From Chrysomallon squamiferum (lineage: Eukaryota > Animalia > Mollusca), in assembly GCA_012295275.1 (NCBI GenBank), contig CM022667.1:1302001-1366000 (forward strand): a DNA stretch of 64,000 bases, in the 5' to 3' direction. The notes beneath the pieces were generated by a model that worked only from the letters and a program-made list of their open reading frames with translations, had not been told where the DNA came from and made no database searches. Below, piece by piece: positions 39,656 to 53,433 of this stretch (its first letter is position 1; each line of letters starts with the position of its first letter). The position numbers and the translations under genes were made by a program.

Positions 39656-40547
39656 ATGTTTGTAGCAAAAGCAATTCCAGCAGAACACAAAGATTTAATT
39701 CATGATGTTTCTTACGACTTCCATGGACATCGCATGGCAACTTGTTCAAGTGACCAGTCTGTTAAGGTACCATTCAAAAATAATAAACATGGTGTAAAAG
39801 AAAGACGTTTAAGACTAATAAGAGGTTATCGATAGCTTTAAACTGAACTTTAATTTTTGTTTCATGAGTAAATAAATTGACCACGATTTTTGATCAGAAA
39901 TTACCGCTGTCAGATAAAAACAAGCAGAAAGCCACTTATCCCATTAGATGAACAGTTATTTTTTTAAGTAGATATAGACTGCATTACTAATACGCTGCCA
40001 GTACGTTAATGAGTACTAAAATAAGGTGACAGAAACCTTCATTTGACACTTCCTAATTTGAAAAGTATAACCATAATGATAATCATAATGTAAACAGTAA
40101 AGACTAAAGGTTTAAAATAATCTTAAAAACACACACACACACACACAACAAATACATGGTACACATATGAAATGTAATAAATAAAATACATAAATAAAAT
40201 ATAATCCATTTTCAAACTAATCACTGTTAGTGTTAGTGCTGGATGTTGTAGTTTCCACCCAGAAAGAAAATACATAGGAGTGGAGTACTTAGCCACAGGA
40301 AACAGATGTTTTTATTTTATATTTTGTTACAAACATGCTGATTTTTTAATTTTAGGTGTTTTGTTTTTTTAATTATTTGGATTGAAACATCTGTTTCCTG
40401 TGGCTAAGTACTCCACTCCTATGTATTTTCTTTCTGGATTGAAACTACAACACCCAGCACTAACAGTGATTAGTTAGAAAATGGATTATATTTTATTAAT
40501 GTATTCTCTTTATCACATTTCATATGTGTTCCATATATTTGTAGGGG

Positions 40548-40598
<51 letters not shown>

Positions 40599-43500
40599 GA
40601 AAGAAGATATTAAATAATATCTGATGTTCTTGTATTTTTCATTCTCTAATGCCAGCCATTAAAACGGGTATTTATAATCCTGCGTCACAGTTTAGTAAGA
40701 TCTAATGAAATACTGTATGGCTTCACATGAATAATAACAAGTCAGTCACATGCAGAGGAAATAGTCTGCATGGCATCATATATGAAAAAGAAACAGATGA
40801 TGTCATCATACTTTGTGTTATAATAGAATTTAATTTTGGTATTTATTTTCATTTTAGGTTTGGGATTTGGGAGAAGATGGACAATGGCATTGCACAGCTA
40901 GTTGGAAGGTAATTTATGTGATAATGTTAATGCTGTTTATATTTCCACGATCTTTGTCATTCAAGTTAACCTTTCCAATATTAACACAAAATATATTTCT
41001 GTGGATCTTTGTTATTTAAAATAAACGTTATCCAATATTAATGCAGTTTATACCACCATTTCCATCATGGCATTACCATATATGGCAACTGCTCCCTAGA
41101 GTTTAAGGGAGGGGGCATTCTCAGAGAGCAAGGATTATACTCTGGCCCTTGATATGACAGGACCTTAAATAATTGTTAATGAAGGTGGCAACACTGGTTG
41201 GGTAAGGGTTTTATATTGGTGTTTTTTTTGTGGGATATGGTTTGTTCTGATTTTACAACTGTAGAATCTTTATTACAGTTTGTATTATAGCATTACCCCA
41301 AGTCTGAAAAAAAAAGGGATTTTTTCAAGTTACCTGTTTTCAAATGACGGTGTCATTTAAGTAAAATTACCTAGTATTAATAAAATATACAACATGTATT
41401 TCCTGTAACTATTAAACACTGTTGTAATAATCAGAGATGTTGAAAAACATAGATCCTAAATTCCAAATACTATTTACAACTGAACCATTGTTTCTTTTTA
41501 CAGGAAGAAAAATACTCCCATCACTTCATTCATATCTTTAAATAATTATTACACAAAAAAAAACATTTCTTATTTCTGTATTTTCCCAGGCACACAGTGG
41601 GTCAGTGTGGAGGGTGACTTGGGCTCACCCCGAATTTGGCCAGGTCTTGGCCACCTGTTCTTTCGACAGAACGGCGAATGTGTGGGAGGAGTTAGTAGGA
41701 GAACATGGCAGGACGGGGGGAGGGCAGAGTCACTGGGTGAAGAGAACAAGTCTTGTTGACAGCAGAACATCAGTGACTGACATCAAATTTGGTCCAAAGT
41801 TCCTAGGGCTTCAGTTGGTAATTATGTTTTATATATATATATATATATATATTATTTGTGATTTATGTATTAGAGAAAATGTTAAAACTAACCTGTAAAA
41901 ATCTTTAAAATTTACAGCTTAGTAATTTTTAAAATGAAAAATAATAATAAGAAAAAAAAAAAAAAAAAATGGCTTGGTTTAAGATGTAGATGTTAAAAAC
42001 TTTATTTGTATTTATGATTTAGAAAAGAAAGAAACAGGCGTTTCATAGTCTTGATTAATTCAGTATGCCTAGTTTTTCAGTTTTCTTGTTGTATCATCTG
42101 AGATTAACAAGTTTTCAAATGTGTGTTTTAGAAAGCAAAGAAGTACCAGGAAATTATGTTTGTAAAAAGACAATATGAATATAATAGTCTGGTCCTTACT
42201 TGCATAATAATATTAGTTCTTAGAATATAATTATTTTAAAATGACTATAATGAAATGACATAATAATCAAATTGCAGTGAAATAATGAAAAAAAATGTTA
42301 AACATGTCTGAACTGTGATGTCAAAAAATAAATTGACTAAAGTTATTACCATATTTATAGCTGTATCAAGAAAAATACTTTTTTCTTCTTATTAATATGA
42401 AATTTTTACAGACAGGTATATGAAGAAAAGATATGAAGCTCTGTGTGTGTGTATGTGTGCGTGTGTGTTACAGTGGTAAATGTTTATTTTACTTGTAGGC
42501 AACGTGTTCAGCTGACGGGATTGTTCGTATTTATGAAGCAGTAGATGTTATGAATCTCAGCAACTGGCCGCTACAACATGAGATTAGCAACAAAATGAGC
42601 TGCAGCTGCCTGTCCTGGAATCCATCAAGGTTTGTACTTCTGAATTGTCTTTGTTTGGAAAGCTCTTTTTCTAAAATATTTTTATATCATGGAATACATC
42701 AAGATACCTAGTTCTGTTTTCTTTTCACTCAGAATTAATATGTGTGTGTGTATGTGTGTATATATATATATACATGTGCTGCTGTTTTTTTTTAAAATAT
42801 ATAAATATAAATGCATGTGCTGCTGTTCTTTTTTAAAATCATAAATATAAATGCATTTTGTAACATTCAGAATGATAAATGTGTAACCATGCATTTTATT
42901 GTTAATTATTGTTTGTTATTTTTTTTTTTTTTTTTTGGGGCATATAAAATTTTTATGAACTAGTTTTAATATTTTTTATAATGTACTTAGGTAATCCCAT
43001 CACTTATAAAAGATTTACTGTTTAAAAATGATTAACCAAATATCAGATGTCATATATCAGTACATTACACCTGTATTTTTCAGTATAAATAAATACTTCT
43101 TAATTATAGTCCTGTCAAAAATAGAACTAAAATAAAACAAGTACAAATAATGAAGGTCTGAAATGACTATGTCATTAATATTTATAATTTAGTTACGAAA
43201 ATACTGTGTTTTGGGGTTGTTGTTTTTTTGTCTCTTACATTAAACATTAATACTCAGATACATCTCTCTCTTATATCATGATCTCTGAATGGTGTTTACA
43301 TATCTTTATAGATTATAGACAGGTTTTTATTTCTTTTTTTCTTTTTTCAGAGTTCATCCACCAATGATAGCTGTTGGCAGTGACGATGTTAACCCAGCAG
43401 CAGGTGGAAGAGTTCAGATTTATGAATTCAGCGAGTCTACCAGGTGTGTGAAGTTAATTATAAAATACTAAATTAGTTTTTTAAAACATCCACTTCTTCA

Positions 43501-45400
43501 TAAATACAAAACTATACTGTCAGCTGAAGAAGTTGTCTTCTATTAAAATAAATATTTACTACTGTTACACATACACACACATACAAATTCAACAAGTTTT
43601 CCAGGTGTGTGATATTAATTACAAAGTAAATAAATTAATTATACACTACAGGTATTAAAATTCTGCATTAGTTACAAATCTTTGACAATTATAAGACAAG
43701 ACTTATTTTCATTTAAAAAAAATCTGTTGAATGAATGTTGTTATAATTTAAGCCAGTAAAATATAAGGATAGCTAAATTAGCCCAAATGATTCAGAAATA
43801 TATAACAGTTTTGTATAGAAAGACATTGCAACATGACTGATGAAATGATATTGGAGAAAATGTTCTCATGCAGTTAGTTTGCTAGAGAAACTGTTCTGAC
43901 TTCTGTTAAAAGTTAGCAACTGAAGAGAAATTAAAATGCAGTTTTTCTTATGTATTCAAAATTTATTCATTTAGCATTGACAGCAAATTTCCACATGAAT
44001 ATAATTTCAGAAAATGGAACAAAGTGGAACACCTCATGGTGACAGACCCAGTCCATGATGTTGCCTTTGCAGCTAATCTTGGTAGATCCTACCATCTTCT
44101 AGCTATTGCTTCCAAAACACTGTCCATCATTTCTTTGAAACCTCAAAGGTAACATTTTTTTCGAAGTTTTTGGGAGTGGGCTGTTGCTTAATTGTAGACA
44201 TTTTGGCTGAGGAATTATGGGCGACATGGTTGAGTCATCTCTGAATGTGTAAGGATTTCTTCCTGTTCTTTCCAGTGCCTACAAGTGAATAAGTCATCAG
44301 TTAGACTAAGTTAGCCCATAAAATAGAACAGTGGATTTTTCTTCCCTGCTTTCATTATAGAATCTTTTTTTTTTTTATCCAAAATTAATATTAAAAAATG
44401 TTTACTAATATTAATGCAGTATTGGTTCATGAAGAATATTCTTCCTACGATCTAAAAATAAATCAGTTTAAAGCAAGTGACGATAAAACTGTTACCAGTT
44501 TGATAAATTTTAAATCCAAATAATAATAATAAAAAAATTAAAATTAAATAATCAGCAGGTTTGTAACAAAATATAAAACAAAAATAGAATGATAATAAAT
44601 CAACTCATTTTTCCTTACTGTATTTTTACGACAGTGCAGATGTTTTTTTTTGTTTGTTTAAAATATTAATTGTCATTTTAGAAAAGACGCACTTCTTGGC
44701 ACATTAGGAGAAAGCAAATTTGAAATGAGGAAAGTGGCCAACTTTAACGATCACGACACTCAGGTATTTTATGTTAATTTATCCTCATAGAATATATTTA
44801 CTACTCTTTTTTTTTACACCAGATAACTTGACTGTTCCAATAAAACTTCACAAATGGAGTCTAATAATTTCTATGTGTAATTATTAATTTCACACATGTC
44901 AATGCCATTTAAAAAAAAATATATAATTTATTTTTAATTTTTTTTATTGCCATTTGTTTTAAGTGCTTTTTCAAATTGCCTCTCCCACAGTTTTTTTTTT
45001 TAATTTTTAATTTTATATTTTTTATTATTTTTCTAAAATGTTTTTTTTATTATTATTTAATTATTATATTGATAAAATTTCAAATAAAAGAATAAAACCA
45101 ACAATATATAAATATATAGTAATTACACTATTCTAGTTAAAATGAGAAATGATTCAAATGAAAACACAGGAACAAGTCCATTTGTTTTAAATGCTTTTTC
45201 AAACTGCTTCTTCCTTAATTATTATTAATTTTTTTTATATCATTTTTATTCTTTTTCATTTTAATTACAATATTTGTAAAATTTCAGATTGAAACTAAAA
45301 CCTAGACTACATAAGTGTGTAGTAATTACTTTGTAATGATTATAAATGAACACACACTTGTTTTAAATGTACTTTCAGATTACCTGTTCCTTCATAATTT

Positions 45401-45440
<40 letters not shown>

Positions 45441-46314
45441 AGTTTAAAAAAACTGTAATTTGCAGGTGTGGAGGGTGTGTTGGAATGTGATAGGAACAGT
45501 ACTTGCATCATCAGGAGATGATGGGTGTGTGCGCCTGTGGAAAGGTATAATTTGTTAACATTCCTTTTAAATTTTATTATTATTATTATTTGATTTTTAA
45601 AAAAAAAAATTACTGTGATAAAATTAAACTAATTTAAAATGTTTATTTGCTCGTCCTGATTTCAGACTTGCCAAATAATAATGAATATAGATTACTTTTT
45701 AGTTAAGATGAATGATTTGAAAGATTTTTCAGTAAGCAAAATACCTGTAGATTTTTTCAGGATTTTTATTTTATTTTATTTTATATTTTTTAATTTTTAA
45801 TTTTTAATTTTTTTTTTCCCATTAGAGATTTAGAACACTCAGAATAAAAATTCTTTTCCACTTTGAACTTTCAAAAAAAAAAAAATACCGTTTGTCAGTA
45901 TCTTATAAAATGTGAAATTCTTTTTACACTTTTTTTTTCTCTTTATTTTATTGTATTAATTTATATATATATATATATTATTACTGTCATCATCATCATC
46001 ATCATTATTATTTTAATTATTTAAATTTTTTGTCTGATTTTAATTTATTATTTGCACTTTTTTATTTATTTATTTATTTATTTATTTATTTTTTTTTTTA
46101 TTTTTATTTTGTTTGCTCAGCTAACTACTTAGACAACTGGAAGAGTATAGCTGTTCTGAAAGGAGACGGGACCAGGCAGGACGGCGAAAGGAACTTCAAC
46201 ACCACTTCAACTGTTTTAGCTGCAGCATCGGCAGTGAGTGGGAGTCACATGAGGTACTACAGGGACTACACAGTGACACCCGTCACTAGTGCATCACAGG
46301 TCGCGTGGCACTGA
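39656..46314 (+). CDS. SEH1L: Nucleoporin SEH1, WD40 beta-propeller (368 aa, 9 exons): 39656-39766, 40858-40908, 41590-41817, 42499-42629, 43351-43443, 44011-44148, 44682-44763, 45466-45544, 46121-46314
   Basis: [40 protein letters not shown]...[34 protein letters not shown]...[37 protein letters not shown]...[15 protein letters not shown]...[39 protein letters not shown] introns, consistent phases, 1107 nt. Confidence 0.96.
40129..40597. mobile_element. Fold-back / MITE-like long inverted repeat in SEH1 intron 1
   Basis: Left arm 40129-40311 and right arm 40385-40597 are reverse complements. The core ccagaaagaaaatacataggagtggagtacttagccacaggaaacagatgttt matches perfectly. The ends are (CA)n and (TG)n. 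The inverted repeat is clear; the mobile-element origin is inferred. Confidence 0.7.
44945..45400. repeat. Three degenerate ~180-230-bp tandem copies in SEH1 intron 7
   Basis: ttgttttaa(g/a)tg.t.tttca.a.t.c.t recurs at ~44953, ~45182 and ~45358, and gtaattac segments recur at ~45119 and ~45322. Confidence 0.65.
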
Positions 46315-49300
46315 CTTTTTTTTTCTTTTTTTTTTTTACCTACAAATGCACACGTCACTCGAGTTTATATTAATTTGGTTGCAGTTTCGTTGTTTTTTTT
46401 TCTCATGGTCAACACCAGAAGCAACATGACAAGTCAGTTGTAAACAATAACAGGTTTATCTTGATGGAAGACTGTTTGATGATAGTGTGTTGTTGTTTGA
46501 TTTGCATGGAGTAATTCTAAGGTGTATTTTTGTCAGCGAGTGATGGTGTTGAAAGAAAAAGAAATGGGGAAACTGAGAAAACAGAGGAAAGAGAGGGAGG
46601 GAAGGTTGGAGAAGAATAAGAGGAGAAAGAAAGAGCATGTGTATGTGTGTGTGTCTGTACATGTGAGGGAAAGCCAGAGAATTTTTAAGCATAAAGGATG
46701 TTATTATTAAGTAAAATGTATTTCATTAGTTTTGATGAAATTCCTAGGATAGAAATATTTACAGGAAGATGTTTGTAGTTCTTAGAAATATGGAAATTCT
46801 GAATAATTTAAATTTTAAAATTTTTGTCATTGAAGAAGTATATAATTCTGTGATGTCAAATGAAATAAAATAATTTTTTTTGTTAAATAGAATGAAATAT
46901 TACTCTAATATTGTGATGGCAGAAGTTAGCCACTACAAAATTTTTCAGAAGGTGCTGTATGAAAGTATTGACATTTTTTTTCTTCAAAAATGTTTTTGAA
47001 TTTAACTTGAAGAACCAAACAGTCATGTGAAATATGTGTGTAAGTGTTCTGAGCAGTATATGCATGGTTAATGTAATATCTCAATTATTGGCCTGTTGTG
47101 TTAATGTGTCAGTGTGAGAAAGTTATTAATTTTTTTTTTTTGTGAATGTTATGTATTAGGTTATTTACCTGCACAAATAAAAATAAATAATAAAACAAAA
47201 ATAGTTTTGGTATTACAAGTTATTGAAATACTTTAATTCATACCAAAATGAAATTTGTTTGATAATATGTAAAATTAATAATATGTTTTATTCTAATAAT
47301 TTTTTTTTATTACATATATGAAGCAAATTTTATTTCAGTTTGACCCTATGTTCTAAAAAATAAAATGAAAATTAAATATATAATCATGGTTATTGAAATT
47401 TAATAGGAATATTTACATTTTATAAGATGACTATTACTTCATTTTGCCTGTAGTCATTACATTCTGAAGTATCTTTCTTTTTTAATTTCTTTTAACTTTT
47501 TTCATTTTTATTTTTTCCTTATAAAATTACTGAAAAAATAACTACCCTCAACAACAACAACAACAACAACAAAAAATTAAAAATTAACCCAGATAAAACA
47601 ATAAAAAAGTTTTTTTAAAAGTTCTGTCAAAAAATGTCCAAAAATGGTGCCAAATAATTAATTGATATGTTTTTAGCATTTGTATAAATCATTTAACATG
47701 GAGTACATAGCAGGCTTATAATTATTTTTGTGACAAAAACTAGAGGACAATTTAGTCTGTTCACAAAGTGACATCACAACCATAGAAAAATGGCCAAATG
47801 TTTCAAATTGTCCTCATTTCTTTTTATATTTAGCTATAAATTTACAACTATAGAAAAATAGCAGAGCCCAAACATAAAGCTGCTCATTTGTGCATATATT
47901 TGTTAATTAATTAAGACTGGATGGCAAAAAAATGAATTTCATTGTATCACCAAAGGTAGAGAGAGTTTAACAGTACAAAGTTGTATAGTTAGGAATAAAT
48001 AAAAACCAGTTTTCTCTCCTATGGAAATTATTTAATGTAGACTGATCCTTTTTTTATCCAGAATCCTCAAAAACAGGTTTTATTTTCTTTACTTTTTATT
48101 TTTATTATTTTTTTTAGTGATTGTTTATAATGAAAACTTTAATTAAAATTCATTCAAATCAGGCACAATGCGTGTATTTACATTAAAACTTGTGTTCTTA
48201 GTAACCTCAAAGATGAAAAATATAAGTAAATTTTTTTAAGCTTTAAATCTTTGAGATAATGAATAATCTTAACCTGTTATATATTACTCCACGATCGGAT
48301 GTTACTGGTGTAAATATTTTAAAATGCAAACTGCTTTTGTTTTTCAGATGAAAGTGAAATGAGTTAGTTTCATTTTTTCCCCATGGAAGTCTGTAATGCA
48401 ATTTGTATTTAATCCTATATAAATTACAAAATGAAATATGTTAAGGTAAATAATTATTATTGTGAAATTTGTTAAATAAATGTGTGTTTTTTTGTACTAA
48501 CTGTGTTGTGTTTTTTCTGTCATTTTTCGGTTGTTTAAAACAATTAATATTTGCAGTTAATTATTTTGTCATCTGTTTGTGGTTGTTTAACTGTATAAAA
48601 GTTGCATGCGTAAAAAATATATATATTGTTAATGACAAAGGTATTATAGAGAAAAAAATTCAGTAGCAGAATTTAACAAAGACATGTTTTCAAAACAGTT
48701 CACCAGCCAAGCTTTTATTTATTTGTTGTTGTTTTTTTGGCAATTGCAAGATTTCCACCACAGTGCAATTCCAAAAAAAAAAAAAAAATGATAATAATAA
48801 TTTGAAAAATGTGTCATTCAAAATATTTTTATTTCTGTAAGCATGTTTGTATTTATGTATGTACATATGTATGTTTGTGTATATATGTGTGTATGTCTGT
48901 CTCTCTCACACACCTACGTGAATGAACTAAACAAAACCTAGTGGTTTAACACTTTATACTTCCCTGTTTCCAATACAATAAATGTTACAAATACATGTAG
49001 AACACCCTTTCTGAAATACTTCATAGACAAATTCCTGGAAAAAAAACAGAATACTAATAATGAATAACATAATGTATTAGTAATTTAATGAAATTTAATA
49101 ATTAAGTTAATAGAATATCTTAAACGTTGATAAATAGCTGGAATATTTTTTGTATTTGTAAATGATGGTAGAATGTATGTTATTACTAGCAAATATTTAC
49201 ATCCAAAAATAAAATTATTGTTTACAATGGATATAAACCAAATTTTTAATTTTTATTTATATTCATCAATATATTAAACAGTAATATCTGATCAAGTTAA

Positions 49301-52300
49301 TAAACCTTCTAAAAATGGAAAACCACCATTATATGTATCATGAGCTAAAGAGGATGTAAACAGTATTTAATCACTTGTTTCAATTTATAATTTATAATTT
49401 ATAACTTTATAATTGGATGTCTGCAAAAATTTCAAAATTGAATGGTGAATATAAATTTATAATTTAGATATACATAATAACATTTTTTTTTTAAATTATG
49501 TATATAAATTTATAATTTTAATGTGTGTATATACAAATTTGTAATTCTGACATGAGTATATAAATTTCTAATTTTGATGTATATGTATATATTTATAATT
49601 TATAATTTTTGTTTACTCTTAGTAGAAGATCACAACAAGCTGGTACTTTGAAAATAAAATATAACAGTAGACTACCTTATTTCAAAACAGAAAAAGACCA
49701 GAGAAAATATTATTACTGAATTTTGTGTTTGAACAAATTAAAGTTACTACACCTACTGTTGAAAAGGTCACACAATATTTAGAAAGCACCACAGAGTTCA
49801 TTCAGCTAATGAAATTCATGTCTCTTGATGATCCATTAAGTGATGCTACACAGGAAAATTGTGGATACCGACACTTTCAGACCTGACAGTTTTACGACAG
49901 TTGTCATGTTTGTGGCAGACAGTTCTGTCCAAAAACAAAAATGTTTAGTTGTTGTTGTTTCTTAAAGTTTCAGAAAAGCTCATTGTTTTATCTTGGGAGT
50001 CAAAATTATTTCCAGACAATGATAAAGAGATATTCTGACATAATTCTGACTTTGAAAATACAAGGTTGTTATTTAGGTATGAAAAGAAAAAAAAGATTAC
50101 CACCGCACACAAAAAAAATTAATAATAATAATAATAATAATAAAAATTATAATAATAATAATAATAAATCAAAAAAGTAATTATAATTAATAAATAATAA
50201 AAAATATGAAAAATCAAGATTTCAGTTATTTTATTAGCTTTTAAGACATGTAAATTTGTCTCATCAACTGCCCCAAATGAGGATCAAAGAATATTAACAG
50301 TTTTAAAAGCTGTATTTGAAAAAATACTCAGTACCAAGTTTGGTTATTAAACTAATCAGTACTACTCACAGAAGTAAAATAAACAGTATATTTTAAGTAA
50401 GTAAATTTGGTAGAATAATGTAACAAGGTTGAACATTTTTGTTATTTTTATGTACATCGTTTTTAAAATTTGCTTATAAAATTTACCAAAATGTTTGTTT
50501 TTGCTATGATTATTTGTTAAAATTATACTGATAAAAAACAAATAAACAAATGTTTTTTAGAAATGTCCATTTTCATTGCTTCTCCACCTGAACAAATCTT
50601 TTAAAATATTTCTAATGCCATAATAGGTTTTATTAAGTATTTAAGTGAATCAAGAAAATAATTCAGTATAATATATTTATTTATTTTTATAATTATTATT
50701 GTGTCATTTATATTTTACATACAAGTAGCATTACAGACTGCCAACACAAGAATGAAATAAATATTTTAGATTCATTTGAAAAAAAAAAAAACTTGCATTT
50801 TATAATTTGTTGACTTCATGTACAAAACCAGCTCTTTAATTTTATCACTGCAGTTATCTCCCTTCTTCATCATGGGATAATTTTTAAACAATTTTTGTTG
50901 TATTGAAAAAGAACTGAAGAATTTTAGAAGATACCAAATTCATCAAATCTGTTAATATCATTGAATTAGCTAAGACCTTTTGTAAAGAACTAAAATATCT
51001 AGCACTGCCCAAGATTATTAAACATTATTTTTTCTTCATTTGTAAAAGTTATGGAAAAACGAAACACACACAAAAAACAATTAAACAAAATAATAGAAAA
51101 TTATTATTTGTGGCTAGCAATGTACAGATAAGTAAATGCCTTTTCCATTTTGTTGAAATTTCAGCTTCCAGATTTACAAGACGCAGACAGCATTAATAAT
51201 AATAAAAAATTAAAAATAAATAAATAAAAATTAAATTTAAAAACATTAAAATTTAAAGTTGAACCCTACTGGTCCAGTGCATTAAATATTTATGATCTTG
51301 TGGAGAGGAGACAATCCAGACACAAACAGTTTTAATAAAATAATTCTCTTAAATAAATAAAAGAAAATAAAATAATCATAAAATCTAATTATTATTCAGT
51401 TAACAAATAAAAACAATGTGTTTTCAGTAGATATACTTTATTTCACGTCACATGGGCTGATATATTTTATAGTACACTTCAACATCGTGTCAACTACCAA
51501 GAATTAATTAACTACTTCATCAATACATGTTTTTATTAAACTAAGGCTTTCAGCACTTTTGTTGAAATAGACACTGTAAGTCGACAATGGGTTTGATTTC
51601 CATCCGATTCCATCCTCAGTTTTTTTGTTCCCTTCCATAATCAGTTGGAACAAAATTGTCAAAACGATTATCATAGATATTTTTTAAACAGTAGTTTGAA
51701 ATATATTAATCCTTAATTTTATTTTTATTTTTTATTTTTTTTTTAAATTTGAAATTAAAGATGTTTAAAAAAATTATTTAAAAAAATATTTATTAAATTT
51801 AATTCTTATTAATGATAAATTACAGTATCAATCATTTTACAAATTTCAATTTAATAGCGTGAAGACATTTTTTTACTGGCTTTTCTTTTTTCTCTCCTTA
51901 AAAATGATGTTTAAAACTGGCATTAAAATCAGAGAATTTCACTGCAAAACTGTTAAAGATTAGCTGTCAGTGATGAAAAATAACATTTAAAAAATAATAC
52001 AGCCAATTACAAAAGTAATAACACAACGACCTTAGTACGACAGTTATAAATGAAATATTAATATATTTGCCCATTAAACTACGTTTAAGTGGGTTGCAAA
52101 AATAATAATATCTGTGATTCACTTTATTACTTCTCTTTTAATATTCAAATCATCCTCTAACTGATGTTTAAATGCTATGAAAACAAATGAGGATGGGATA
52201 TGTTAGCTGTTGATAGTCTTACTTTAATAATGTGTTTATAAAATTCCAAAAAGGCACTTGTTGCCAACTGACAAAAATATTCCTTATGTCAATGTATGGT

Positions 52301-52793
52301 TTCTTTTAGATTAGATAAACACCTGTACAGAAATGTCTGAAATTTTTTTATTCTTCGTTATTTTAAATAATATTGTTTCTATGGAAATCAAACCCACTGA
52401 GTAAGTTATTTCACGCATGGCGCCCAAAGATATTAATTTGCTTTAGATAAACTACAGCCCGAAAGACAATAACAGGTACAAAGAAAAAAAAAAAAAAAAC
52501 ACGTATCTCAACTCCAGAACAAACTTCCAAGGTAAATAAATAAATAATTTGCTCTACAGTGCCTTGTAAGAACACAGAACCAATGTGTTATTCTGTGGCA
52601 CACATATTTCATTTATAAATGGTAATCACTTCATGTCGTAAACTGTATTTCACTCATTGATAAGAAGTGTGATATAATGTGTGCATTGTGTGTCAACATG
52701 TTAACTCTTTCACTGCCATTTCCCATAGCCGTTTCCCCTTTTATTTTTTTAAATTATTTTTATTTTTTTACACAATGGACAGTAGCATTGATT

Positions 52794-52836
<43 letters not shown>

Positions 52837-53402
52837 GACGAACACACAAATTTTAATATTCCAAAACAAAACTTGAAACAAAAACAAAATTTACAGTATC
52901 AAAACGAATGCTGAATTTGTTTTTGTTGTCATTTCATTTTTAATTCTCTGATGAATAAACACAATAAATAAAGATTCAGACAAAAAATACTTCTACAAAA
53001 TATATGACTGCAAATTAATAAGAAAAAATATAATCTACCACACTATCTGATGTTAATAATAATAACTTCTAAACCACATATATGAAGTAAAAACACTAAA
53101 ATATTGTTGAACCTAAATCAGAACTTGAAACAATAATAGATCACAGAAAGACTCAGCGACATGAATGAAAACATTATGTCACACAAGACTTGGTAAGTGA
53201 ATTAGAAGAGGAAAAAAAAAAAAAAAAAAGTGTATAATTTGAACCCTGGGGCCAATAAGCCTGGCAGAAAGAAACTGATATGGATATGTACAATTTAATG
53301 TCAGGGATTATCCTATGTTTGCCAAGCCCATGGTTCAAATATGAAAACCAATTTTCAGTAAACTATCTTAAATCAGATCCAGTATTTCTGACATTTCTAA
53401 TT

Positions 53403-53433
<31 letters not shown>

